From Oligoflexia bacterium (GTDB lineage Bacteria; Bdellovibrionota; UBA1018), in NCBI GenBank assembly GCA_023701205.1, contig JAMPXJ010000012.1, forward strand, positions 8,797 to 72,796: a DNA stretch of 64,000 nucleotides, read 5' to 3'. Below are positions 55,026 to 64,000 of the stretch, piece by piece. Position numbers and translations under genes: made by a program. The notes beneath the pieces were generated by a model, which saw only the letters and a program-made list of their open reading frames with translations, ran no database searches and had not been told where the DNA came from. Each line of letters begins with the position of its first letter. The first letter of the stretch is position 1.

Positions 55026-57323
55026 CTAGAGCGAAAGCCCGCTGACAGGCATCGGGGTCAATGTTCCAGTATAGTCTCCCTTGCCCAGCTGTCCCATCAG
55101 GTTATCGCCCCAGCACATGACCTGGTTGTCCGACAGCGCGCAAGCGTAAGCGGCGCCTGCTCCGAGGCCGAAGATGGAGCCGAGTCCGGTCACGGAAGTA
55201 GGCAGGGATCGATCAGTCGTGGTGCCATCGCCGAGCTGTCCGGCGTTGTTATAGCCCCAGCATTGGACGCCAGAGCCCGTGCTCGCGCAGGTGGAATTCG
55301 CGCCGGTTGAGAGGAATTGGGACGGGGTCGCCGGCGAGACGGCAACCGGGCTCAAGCTCATCGTAGTGGTTCCGTCCCCGAGCTGTCCATACGAGTTGGC
55401 GCCCCAGCACTTCACGCTGCCATCGGTAAGCGTGGCGCAGCTATGCGAGATGCCGGCGGAGATGTCCTTGACCCCGGAACTCAGGCCGCTGACTGGCACG
55501 GGAATTACGGAGGAGGTGAATGTACCCGTTCCAAGCTGTCCCGAGGTGTTCAATCCCCAGCAGTACGCACCGCCGTTCATGACCGCGCAACTATGGTTGC
55601 CGCCGGCTGAGATCGCGGTCACGCCGCTCGTGAGTCCTTGGACCTGAACCGGAACCGAGCTGTCCACGCCGCTGTTATTGCCGAGCCGGCCAGAGCCGCC
55701 CTGTCCCCAGCAATAAGCGCTGCCGTTTTGAATCATGCAGGTGTGGAACTGGCCCGCATCGATTGCCGTGACTCCGTTCCACATGGGGATGATCTCGATG
55801 CCATACGAAGAATTCGTATTGGAGCCGTTGCCGAGCTGTCCGTAAGCGTTTTCGCCCCAGCAATAAACCCCGCCTGCGGCCATCGCGCAGCTGTGGTTCT
55901 GGCCCGCGGTGAGGCCATGGATCTCGGCGGGAATGCCCGACACGAGGCTGGGATAGCTGCTGTTCGCCGCAAAGCCATCACCGAGTTGTCCCTGACTGCC
56001 TGCACCCCAGCAGTGCACGCCCGCGAAGGTCTGCGCGCAGGCATGGTACTGACCTACGGCAAGCAGCGGGACGTATACGGACAAGTAATGCTTTTGATAG
56101 CTGCCCACCGTATCCCAGACTTCGATTTCGACCATGCCCGGGGTCAAGGACGCGGTATAGTTGCCGCTGCCATCGATGCTGCCACCGCCCGAGAAGATGC
56201 TGAAGCTGTAAGGCGGAATGCCGCCTGAAGGCGTGATCTGCGCCGTCCGGTTCACCGCGATTTTGTTAGGTGCGCTCAATGTCATGGGAATGATCACGTG
56301 AAGAACCGTGTCGAAGGTCGCGCCGACGGAGTCGGTCACGCGAACGGTGACGTCGCCCGCGGTCGCCGAGGCGTTGAAATAGACGCTGTAATCAGCGGGA
56401 CTGAGCGTCCCGCTCCCGCTGACGATCGAGTACGTGTACGGGTAGACCCCGTTGTAGACTTGGATGTTAACCCCGCTGGATACCGGAAGCGTATTGTAGT
56501 CCGGGATCATATAGAGTGCCGGGGTATAGGAAGGCGACGGATACGGCGTCGGCGAATACGACGGGTAGGGATAGGGAGAATACGAAGGGTAGGGATAAGG
56601 CGAGTATGACGGATACGGCGTTGGTGAGCTCGACGGGGAGTGCGGCGACTCACACGAGTCGAAAAGCCGCTGCGGATTGGCCGGATCGTATTTCGCGCGC
56701 AGCACGAGCTCCACGTCCTCGAAAAGGTCCGTCGTGGCCTGAGCGATCAGATAAGGATCGCCCAGATCCTGGCCCCCCTCGTCGGGAGTGCTGAAATAAG
56801 TGTCGAGTGAGGGGCAGCCGATCGCATTTTTCAGCGCGAACACGCGTACGACCCGGGCGGGACCCGCCGGGACTTCGATTTCCAGTACGCCGCCGGACAC
56901 CGGAACCAGGCCGCCGAGCTTGGAGATCCCGTCAGCGGAATTCGTGCAGTTGAACCGCGGATCCGCCGGAATGGACGGCCCGCTCACCTCGATTCCATAG
57001 CACGTGAACTCACTCAACGAGGAGGGCGCGGGCGTGGGGGAATAGGTCGGATAGGGATACGGAGAGGAGCTCGCGCTGGGATAAGGGTACGGTGAGTAGC
57101 TCGGGCTGGGGCTGGGAGAGACCACAGCCGCCGGCGAAAGATCGCCCAGGGCTCTAGCGGTTCGATTCGGCTGGGCATCGGGCTGGGCTCCCGGGAAGGT
57201 GATTCGCAGAACGCGTGTTTCCGGGTTCGCGAGAGAACAAGAGGAGAGAGCCTGCATTGCCGCCAGGAGCAATAAGGCCAGGAACTGTGGAATCGACTTA
57301 TGAAAACGACTTACGTACCGCAC
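55026..57323 (-). CDS. RCC1-repeat lipoprotein with Pro/Tyr/Ser-rich linkers and Ig-like segments
   Basis: Lipobox LSSC; seven CWG.N..GQLG-type repeats; GGxxPY motifs; GTG start 7 nt after TAGACT. Confidence 0.88.
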   Translation of the reverse strand: MRYVSRFHKSIPQFLALLLLAAMQALSSCSLANPETRVLRITFPGAQPDAQPNRTARALGDLSPAAVVSPSPSPSYSPYPYPSASSSPYPYPTYSPTPAPSSLSEFTCYGIEVSGPSIPADPRFNCTNSADGISKLGGLVPVSGGVLEIEVPAGPARVVRVFALKNAIGCPSLDTYFSTPDEGGQDLGDPYLIAQATTDLFEDVELVLRAKYDPANPQRLFDSCESPHSPSSSPTPYPSYSPYPYPSYSPYPYPSYSPTPYPSPSYTPALYMIPDYNTLPVSSGVNIQVYNGVYPYTYSIVSGSGTLSPADYSVYFNASATAGDVTVRVTDSVGATFDTVLHVIIPMTLSAPNKIAVNRTAQITPSGGIPPYSFSIFSGGGSIDGSGNYTASLTPGMVEIEVWDTVGSYQKHYLSVYVPLLAVGQYHACAQTFAGVHCWGAGSQGQLGDGFAANSSYPSLVSGIPAEIHGLTAGQNHSCAMAAGGVYCWGENAYGQLGNGSNTNSSYGIEIIPMWNGVTAIDAGQFHTCMIQNGSAYCWGQGGSGRLGNNSGVDSSVPVQVQGLTSGVTAISAGGNHSCAVMNGGAYCWGLNTSGQLGTGTFTSSVIPVPVSGLSSGVKDISAGISHSCATLTDGSVKCWGANSYGQLGDGTTTMSLSPVAVSPATPSQFLSTGANSTCASTGSGVQCWGYNNAGQLGDGTTTDRSLPTSVTGLGSIFGLGAGAAYACALSDNQVMCWGDNLMGQLGKGDYTGTLTPMPVSGLSL
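56539..56634 (-). repeat. Four degenerate 24-bp coding repeats (8-aa unit, SYSPYPYP-type)
   Basis: Protein reads SPTPYPSYSPYPYPSYSPYPYPSYSPTPYPS; a related block lies at about 57021-57120. Confidence 0.85.
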
Positions 57324-57411
57324 TTTTCCCAGTCTAACGGGAAGCACGCGGGAAAAGAATGCGTCATCGAGGACACAAGGCTGCCATCAGGAAAGCCTGC
57401 GAATCCGATGG

Positions 57412-58581
57412 TTAAAACGGCTTTCCGGCGTCCGCCGCCTCTCCCAGCATCTGTTTGGCGATGATGATGCGAAGAACCTCGTTCGTTCCCGCGCCGATCT
57501 CCATCAGCTTGGCGTCCCGCATGTACCGCTCGACCGGGAATTCGCGGGTGTAGCCATAGCCGCCGAGGATCTGGATCGCGTCCAGGCAGACCTGCGTGGC
57601 CATTTGTGCGCTCTGGAGTTTGGCACGCGCCGCGCTCATAGAGGCCTCCCGGCCCGCAAGCAGGCCTTCGTCCCACATCTTCGCGGCGCTGTAGGTGAGG
57701 GCGCGGCAGGCCTCGTACCAGGCCGATGCTTCGGCGAGCCTTTCCTGGATCTGCTGAAAGGCCCCGATGGGCTTGCCGAATTGCTTGCGTTCCTTGGCGT
57801 AACGGGTCGCCGTCTCGATCGCGGCACGCGCGACACCGAGCGAGATGCCCGCGATGGTCACCCGCTCGAGATCGAGATTCCGCATCAGCATGGAGACACT
57901 CGCGCCTTCCGCGCCGACCCGGTTGGCAACCGGAACTTCGCATTGATCAAAGACCAGTTCGCCGGTCGGAGAGGCGCGCATCCCCATCTTGGAGAATTTC
58001 TTGCCGGTGGAGAAGCCTTTCATGCCACGGTCAACAATGAACGTGGAGACATCCTTTCGGCCCTCCCCGGTCTTGGCATAGCAGTAAAAGACATCGCCGA
58101 CGGGGCCATTGGTGATCCACGTCTTGGTCCCATTCAGGACGTAGTGGTCTCCCTTGAGGACCGCGCGGGTCTTCATCCCGAGCGCGTCCGAGCCGGCTTC
58201 GGGTTCGGACATCCCCATTCCGCCCAGCCATTCGCCCGAAATCAGCCTGGGTAGATAGCGGCTTTTTTGCTCGCTGGAGCCGTTCTTCGCGATCTGGTTC
58301 ACGCACAGGATCAGGTGAGCCAGGTAGGACAGGGTCGTGGATGCATCCACGGCGCCCATCTCTTCCATCGCGATCGTGGCCGCCACGGCACCCAGGCCCG
58401 AGCCTCCATCGGCTTCGGGAACAATGATCCCGAGCAGGCCGAGTTCACCCATCTTCCGGAAGGCCTCCCGGTTAAAGCCCTCTTCGTGATCCAGGGCTTC
58501 GATGCGGGGTGCTAGATCGGCCTTGGCCATTTGTCTGACGGACTGCTGAAGCATCCGGTCTTCGTCAGAAAAAAACCACAT
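57412..58581 (-). CDS. Isovaleryl-CoA dehydrogenase-like acyl-CoA dehydrogenase
   Basis: LSYLAH..LCVNQI, MSEPEAGSD, LDLER, EIGAGTNE (IVD-type catalytic arrangement). Confidence 0.85.
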   Translation of the reverse strand: MWFFSDEDRMLQQSVRQMAKADLAPRIEALDHEEGFNREAFRKMGELGLLGIIVPEADGGSGLGAVAATIAMEEMGAVDASTTLSYLAHLILCVNQIAKNGSSEQKSRYLPRLISGEWLGGMGMSEPEAGSDALGMKTRAVLKGDHYVLNGTKTWITNGPVGDVFYCYAKTGEGRKDVSTFIVDRGMKGFSTGKKFSKMGMRASPTGELVFDQCEVPVANRVGAEGASVSMLMRNLDLERVTIAGISLGVARAAIETATRYAKERKQFGKPIGAFQQIQERLAEASAWYEACRALTYSAAKMWDEGLLAGREASMSAARAKLQSAQMATQVCLDAIQILGGYGYTREFPVERYMRDAKLMEIGAGTNEVLRIIIAKQMLGEAADAGKPF

Positions 58582-58621
58582 AGGGGTGACTCCTTTAGTT
58601 GCGTGTGCAATACTTCATAGC

Positions 58622-60640
58622 ATGGTAGGGGGCGAAGTAAATCCATATCCTATTCAGCTCTTAGTGAATTATTGGGAGATGCGTCCCTCGGTGATGGGCG
58701 CACGTCTCGACGCACTGCTTCGCCGCGGAGTGGCGCACATCGCGACCTTCGTTCCGTGGCAGGCGGTGGAGTCAGACATATCCCACACGTTGACGCGCTT
58801 CCTGCTCGCGGCCGCGGAGCGGAAGATGACGCTTTCGCTGATTCTCACGCCGGAGGTGGGAATTCATTATCCCTACTCGGGTCTGCCCAAAGATATCGTG
58901 ATGAAGCCCGAGAATCTGGCGCAGCACTCGCAAAAAGGGCCGGTGACGGTCAGTCTGCCGCCGAACTGCTTCGGGCTGCCGTCGCTGCTTTCACCCGAGT
59001 TCAACAAGCGCTACAGCAGCTTCCTTTCCCGCATGGACAGCCTGCTTGCCGATTTCAAGCGCACGCATGGAAAATCGCTCCAGAATATCCAGGTCGTGCT
59101 CTCGGGGAGCTTCTGGAAATATTACCGTTCGGCGCGGGAGTCGACCGGAAATCCCTTCGGCGGCCTGGCCGGTGACTACTCCGGAGGGATGGCGCTCGAG
59201 TTCCGGCAACGCGTCGACTATTTTTATTCCCAGCCGGAATTCTCTGACCCCAACCCGGCGGCGGCGAGCCGCTGGAAGACGCGCGCGATGGAGAACGTGA
59301 ACTACCGCTGGTTTCACCAGCAGTCGGAATCGGTCTTCCGCCATCGCTCGTACCAGATGGTCCGGCGCAAGGCCGTATCGGCCGGCGTGCGCGAGATCGA
59401 GCTTTTCACACCGGAGGCGGACCCCGCGCTTTCGTACAATCATTTTCTCCAGACAGTGAGCGGCGGGCTCGGGGATTTCCACCGGCTTTCGGCGCTGGTA
59501 GACGAGTCGGCGGCGTTCTCGACGATGGGGGCCGGGGGCCCGGCGGCGCCGTTCCTCCGCTGGAGCTCGCTCGGGGGGTTCCGATCGCTCTGCGACGCCG
59601 AAAAGCAGTTCCTCATTCTGAAGTCTTTGCTGGTGATGGGCGGGCTGGGCGGAGGGATTTACCTGGAGGAAGAGGAGTGGTTCGCGCTCTCGGCAAGCTT
59701 CCGGGCGCGCGCGGAAGCCTTCGCCCGCGCCATCGCGCATGGGGAGCTTGCTATCCGCACCCGCGCGCTCTATCTCACGCCCCATCTCTGGTCGGGCAGC
59801 GCGCCGCTTTGGCGGGAGCTTTTCTCGCGGCTGGGACCCGAGGCGCGGCTGCTCTCCGCGCTGGACCTTCTCGAGCGCGATCGCGAGGCAGGCCTGCTGA
59901 TCGTGGATCCCGCTTTCATCCTGACGCGCGAGGCGGTTCAGAAGCTTTCGGCATGGGCGCGTTCGGGTCGCACCGTGGTGCTGCCGCGCTCGACGCTTTA
60001 TACGGAATTGGCGCGCGCGGAGCTAGAGCTCCTCGTGGCCTCCTCGAAGCGGATGGATATCGACCTGGGCGTCCGTTACCGCGTGCACGAGCTCGGTGAC
60101 GGCAAGCTCATCGTCCATGAGCTTCCGGGAGGAATCTCGAATTCCCAGGAAGAGCTCGCCGCGTGGCAAACCTTTCTCACGGCCCTGCTCTCGCTCGCGG
60201 AAATCGAGGGTTACTGCAAGGTGAGCGACAGCCGTCTTGCGGTGATCCCCATGGAGCGCAAAGGGCGTGAGCTCGGCATCTTCGTCATGAACGGTACCCG
60301 GCGCGCCGTTTCCGGAGATGTGGTTTTCGGAGGGAAGGTGGTCGTTTCCGATCTGGCTGTGGCGATCTCGGCGACCAGCCAGGGCCTGGCCCCGGCTTCA
60401 GGCCCGGGTTCCGCTTCGCCGAGCTCCGTGCCTTCCAACCGCTTCTCGCTCGATGTCCCTCCTTGCGGCTTCCTGCCGCTTGCGGTGAACGGACTGAGCC
60501 TGGCTTCGGAGGAGAATCGGGAACGGCTGGCTGCGGCGCAGCTGGCGCAGGCCACCCGTGAAAGCGTTACGGCCGCGGCTCAGGCCGAGTTGCCCGGCTT
60601 CGGGCAGGGTACCGGCGCGATCGGGGATTTATGGAACTGA
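58622..60640 (+). CDS. GH35/GH42 beta-galactosidase-like protein, probably catalytically degenerate
   Basis: VNYWEM..RLDALLRRGVAHIATFVPWQAVE..RFL..SGLP matches the GH35 N-terminal pattern; KLSAWARSGRTVVL resembles the trimerisation domain. Confidence 0.6.
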   Translation: MVGGEVNPYPIQLLVNYWEMRPSVMGARLDALLRRGVAHIATFVPWQAVESDISHTLTRFLLAAAERKMTLSLILTPEVGIHYPYSGLPKDIVMKPENLAQHSQKGPVTVSLPPNCFGLPSLLSPEFNKRYSSFLSRMDSLLADFKRTHGKSLQNIQVVLSGSFWKYYRSARESTGNPFGGLAGDYSGGMALEFRQRVDYFYSQPEFSDPNPAAASRWKTRAMENVNYRWFHQQSESVFRHRSYQMVRRKAVSAGVREIELFTPEADPALSYNHFLQTVSGGLGDFHRLSALVDESAAFSTMGAGGPAAPFLRWSSLGGFRSLCDAEKQFLILKSLLVMGGLGGGIYLEEEEWFALSASFRARAEAFARAIAHGELAIRTRALYLTPHLWSGSAPLWRELFSRLGPEARLLSALDLLERDREAGLLIVDPAFILTREAVQKLSAWARSGRTVVLPRSTLYTELARAELELLVASSKRMDIDLGVRYRVHELGDGKLIVHELPGGISNSQEELAAWQTFLTALLSLAEIEGYCKVSDSRLAVIPMERKGRELGIFVMNGTRRAVSGDVVFGGKVVVSDLAVAISATSQGLAPASGPGSASPSSVPSNRFSLDVPPCGFLPLAVNGLSLASEENRERLAAAQLAQATRESVTAAAQAELPGFGQGTGAIGDLWN

Positions 60641-61443
60641 CTTACGATTGGAACTGCTTTCAGTCGATGTTTTATCCCAAGAGGCGGGCACCGGCTTCGG
60701 CGGCCAACGCCAACGCGGGCAGCGAGGCTGCGGCGCCGGTCTTCCTCGTGGTCGAGGAAGAGCGGATTCTTTCGGTTTTCGGCGAAGGGGAGGACTTCTC
60801 CTCCTGGATCGGCGCCGGCTACCCGCAGATGGCCGCCGAGATCACGCATCGGGAGCTGATCCTTTTCGAGCGCAAGGACGTGGACCGTTGGATGAGCGGG
60901 GCGCTGGCTCTTCCGCACTTCCATGATCAGGTCGAGTTTCTGCGCCAAAATGCGGCACCGAAAGTCCTTTCGCGGGGACGTCTCAGGAAGGGGGGGCGGA
61001 CGCTCTTGCTCCGGCAGGGGTTGGAGATGCCGGTTTATCGCCATTTTATTCTCGAAGCGATCCAAGGTTGGTGGGCCAAGGTTCTCCCGTCTTCCTATGG
61101 AATTCTGATCCGCTTGGAAGGGGCTCTTCCGGGGACCTATGTGAAAGACGTGCTGGTGGTCATCCGGCGCGGCCGCGTCGACTCTTTCTGCGAGCCCGAT
61201 TTCACGATACTCGGCCGGGAACGCTCGCGTCAGCCGGAGGATGTCGTCCGTTATCTTTCCGAAAAGCATCTTGTCCCTGTTCAGGGCCTGTTTCTTCCGG
61301 CAGAGCTGTGGCAGCGCTGGATCGAGGCCGAGAACCCCTGGCGTGAGGTGGCGCTCGCCGTGCGCACGGATCGAGCGAAGCTGGTGCCGTTTCGCTGGAG
61401 CCTGGTGACCTTGGCAGCTACCCGGGGCTTCCTCGGAATCTAA
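60631..61443 (+). CDS. Hypothetical protein
   Basis: 10-nt overlap with the upstream gene; fills the gap before rlmN. Confidence 0.75.
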   Translation: MELTYDWNCFQSMFYPKRRAPASAANANAGSEAAAPVFLVVEEERILSVFGEGEDFSSWIGAGYPQMAAEITHRELILFERKDVDRWMSGALALPHFHDQVEFLRQNAAPKVLSRGRLRKGGRTLLLRQGLEMPVYRHFILEAIQGWWAKVLPSSYGILIRLEGALPGTYVKDVLVVIRRGRVDSFCEPDFTILGRERSRQPEDVVRYLSEKHLVPVQGLFLPAELWQRWIEAENPWREVALAVRTDRAKLVPFRWSLVTLAATRGFLGI

Positions 61444-61507
61444 GGGTCCGGCTGGCCGCGTTATAGGGGTTGAAGTTTTTGGCCGGAAGCGCTAAAGACT
61501 GACTGGA

Positions 61508-62758
61508 ATGATCTATTTTCAGTCACTCACTCAAACTGAGCTTGCCGAGCTGCTCAAGCCGGTGAGTTTTCCAAAGGCACGCCGCTCGGCAGCACCGGAA
61601 GCCGCGGCCGGTGAATTTTCCAGCGCCGAAAATCAGCTCAAGGCGGAGAAAAAAGCGCGCTATCGCGCCAAGCAGATCTTCCACTGGGTCTACCAGCGCA
61701 CCGTCACGGACTGGGACCAGATGTCGGATCTTTCCAAGGACCTGCGCGCCTGGTTGCGGGAAAACGTGGAGATCTACCGTCTTCCTCAGCGGGTGAACCA
61801 GCAGGCATTGGACGGAACTCACAAGTTTCTCTGGAATCTCGCGGACGGAAAAACCGTCGAAAGCGTCATCATCCCGGCGGCGCTTCAGGAAAAGGAAAAT
61901 CCGGATCGGGACTTCGACGAGCAGCCCGCAGAGAAGTTCGCGGGGGCTCCGGTAGACAACAAAAGCCTGAGTTCGGAGCGCTGGTCCCGCCTTACGGCCT
62001 GTATCTCGAGCCAGGTCGGCTGTGCCATGAGCTGCAAGTTCTGTCTCACGGGAATTCAGGGGCTCGATCGGCATTTGCAAGTGCATGAGATCGTCGGCCA
62101 GGTCCATGAGCTGCGCCGGATCGCGCCGATCACGAACATCGTCTTCATGGGCATGGGCGAGCCGCTGCACAATCTCGAGAATGTCGCGAAAGCCTGCAAG
62201 ATCCTGCTCGACGAGGACGGGTTGAACTTCTCAAAGCGCAAGGTCACCGTGAGTACCAGCGGGCTCGTGCCCGCGATCGAGGCGCTCGGGCGCGAGGTGG
62301 ACGTCTCGCTCGCCATCTCGCTGAACGCCTCGACGGATGAACAGCGCTCGCGCATCATGCCGGTCAACCGCAAATGGAATCTCGAGGCCCTGCTCGGAGC
62401 CTGCCGCGACTATCCGCTGGGCAAGCACCGCCGGATCACCTTCGAATACGTGCTGCTGAAGGATTTCAACGATTCCCTGGAAGATGCCGCGCGTGTTTTC
62501 GCGCTCTTGCGCGGCATACCCTCGAAGCTGAATCTGATCCCGTTCAACGAGCACCCGGGTTCCGAATTCAAGCGCCCGAGCGATGAGACGGTTCGGAAAT
62601 TCCAGAAGTATTTCATCGATCGCAATGTCACGGCTACCGTGAGGATCTCGCGCGGGCGCGATATCCTGGCCGCGTGCGGGCAGCTTCGAAGCGTTTTCGG
62701 CACCGCGCGCGGAACGGATCGGCATCGGGATTGGGCCGGCTCGCCCGGACCGAGCTGA
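61508..62758 (+). CDS. rlmN: Dual-specificity rRNA/tRNA m2A methyltransferase (radical SAM)
   Basis: CISSQVGCAMSCKFC, MGMGEP, FEYVLL, AACGQL. Confidence 0.96.
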   Translation: MIYFQSLTQTELAELLKPVSFPKARRSAAPEAAAGEFSSAENQLKAEKKARYRAKQIFHWVYQRTVTDWDQMSDLSKDLRAWLRENVEIYRLPQRVNQQALDGTHKFLWNLADGKTVESVIIPAALQEKENPDRDFDEQPAEKFAGAPVDNKSLSSERWSRLTACISSQVGCAMSCKFCLTGIQGLDRHLQVHEIVGQVHELRRIAPITNIVFMGMGEPLHNLENVAKACKILLDEDGLNFSKRKVTVSTSGLVPAIEALGREVDVSLAISLNASTDEQRSRIMPVNRKWNLEALLGACRDYPLGKHRRITFEYVLLKDFNDSLEDAARVFALLRGIPSKLNLIPFNEHPGSEFKRPSDETVRKFQKYFIDRNVTATVRISRGRDILAACGQLRSVFGTARGTDRHRDWAGSPGPS

Positions 62759-62766
62759 GGAGCGGC

Positions 62767-62804
62767 AAAGAAAAAAGGCGGGACCCCGGGGGACCCGCCT
62801 TCTT
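62767..62804. terminator. Terminator between convergent rlmN and gdhA
   Basis: A-tract, then AAGGCGGG...CCCGCCTT stem; U-tract is on the minus strand. Confidence 0.75.
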
Positions 62805-62827
62805 CCGTTCACGAGGACTTCCCCGAA

Positions 62828-64000
62828 TCAGGCGTACAGTCCGCGCAGCTCCGAGGTTTTCTTCAGGCGCTCGATCGCCACGACGAATGCCGCGATCCGC
62901 ATCGGGATGCGATGCTTCTGCGAGGCGCTGAAGACGTCCTTGAACGCCTGGCGCATGATCCGGTCCAGCTCGCGGTTAACCTGCTCTTCAGGCCAGTAGA
63001 AACCCATGCGGTTCTGGACCCACTCGAAGTAGGACACGGTCACGCCGCCGGCATTGCAGAGAATGTCCGGGATCATGAAGACCCCTTTTTCGTTCAGGAT
63101 CTTGTCCGCTTCCGGAGTGCACGGACCATTGGCGGCTTCGGCGATGACCTTCGCCTTGACCCGGCTCGCGTTTTTCTCGGTGATCTGGTTCTCGAGCGCG
63201 GCGGGGATGAGCACGTCTACCGGAAGCTCGAGCAGCTCCATCGGATTGTCGAGCTTGCGGACATTGCCCGACTTCTCGAAGCCGCTGAGCACGCCCTTGT
63301 GGTCCTTGACCCAGGAGAGCGCGCCTTCGATGTCGATTCCGCTTTCGCAGTAGTAGGCGCCCGAGACATCGGAAATCGCGACGAGCTTGATGCCCTTGGG
63401 GGCCAGCAGGCGCGCGGCGTGAGAGCCGGCGTTACCGAAGCCCTGGATGGCGACGGTCGCGCCCTGAAGCTTCATGTTGAGCGCTTTGGTGGCTTCTTCC
63501 AGCGTGAAAACGACCCCCTGGGCGGTAGCGGCGCCACGGCCTTCGGAGCCGCAGACCTCGAGAGGCTTGCCGGTGATGACCGCCGGCAGATGCTGCCGGT
63601 GATGCATCGAGTAGGTGTCCATCATCCAGGCCATGACCTGGGGATTGGTGTTGACGTCCGGAGCCGGCACATCGCGGTCCGGACCGATGTCTTCGATCAG
63701 GTCGGCGATATAACGGCGCGAGAGGCGCTCGAGCTCGTTCATCGAGAGCTGCTTGGGGTCGACGATCACGCCGCCCTTGCCGCCGCCGAAGGGCACGTTC
63801 ACGACGGAGCACTTCATGGTCATCCAGAAGGCCAGCGCCTTCACCTCGTCGAGCGTGACATCCTGGTGGAAGCGGATGCCGCCTTTGGCAGGGCCGCGAG
63901 CGATCGAGTGCTGGACCCGATAGGCCTGGAAGACCTTGATGCTGCCGTCATCCATCCGCACGGGAAGCATCAGCTGGATGACTTTGCGCGGGTCCTTGAT
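62828..64000 (-). CDS. gdhA: Glu/Leu/Phe/Val dehydrogenase (5' end outside window)
   Basis: GPAKGGIRFH, PFGGGKGG, PAPDVNT, QGFGNAG, EAANGP, NAGGVTVSYFEW. Confidence 0.92.
   Translation of the reverse strand: MKDPRKVIQLMLPVRMDDGSIKVFQAYRVQHSIARGPAKGGIRFHQDVTLDEVKALAFWMTMKCSVVNVPFGGGKGGVIVDPKQLSMNELERLSRRYIADLIEDIGPDRDVPAPDVNTNPQVMAWMMDTYSMHHRQHLPAVITGKPLEVCGSEGRGAATAQGVVFTLEEATKALNMKLQGATVAIQGFGNAGSHAARLLAPKGIKLVAISDVSGAYYCESGIDIEGALSWVKDHKGVLSGFEKSGNVRKLDNPMELLELPVDVLIPAALENQITEKNASRVKAKVIAEAANGPCTPEADKILNEKGVFMIPDILCNAGGVTVSYFEWVQNRMGFYWPEEQVNRELDRIMRQAFKDVFSASQKHRIPMRIAAFVVAIERLKKTSELRGLYA

Noticed and set aside
56539-56634. 24-bp periodic repeats as a CRISPR array
   Set aside because: No spacers, in-frame coding repeats, and no cas genes.

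Overview
High-GC bacterial chromosomal window, probably Bdellovibrionota/Oligoflexia (inferred from a DgcB-like FHA-GGDEF protein, RCC1-repeat lipoprotein, MepA, and lineage-typical secreted hypotheticals). It is densely coding, with about 57 CDS and no rRNA, tRNA, CRISPR array, transposase or prophage that I could see. Housekeeping genes include thrS, mutL-miaA, pgi, ilvE, cmk, rlmN, rimI, queD-queC, LPS heptose genes, gdhA and acyl-CoA dehydrogenases, mixed with many secreted hydrolases and lipoproteins. The most notable observations are: (1) a KAS-III-like enzyme that keeps the catalytic Cys but has lost the His and Asn, in a cluster with an acyl-CoA ligase, an MFS transporter and a ketoacyl reductase; (2) a queD-queC-DUF366 translationally coupled unit; (3) an orphan, divergent dnaN followed by a 142-bp element with perfect 28-bp inverted repeats and a frameshifted, lower-GC CPBP protease gene; (4) an AidB-like acyl-CoA dehydrogenase split by one in-frame TAG at a conserved Lys; (5) a recurring pattern of -10 hexamers 6-9 nt before start codons, suggesting widespread leaderless mRNAs; (6) extensin-like Tyr/Pro/Ser repeats in an RCC1 lipoprotein; (7) a GH35-like pseudo-glycosidase paired with an unknown gene. 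All calls come from reading motifs by eye; no searches were run.
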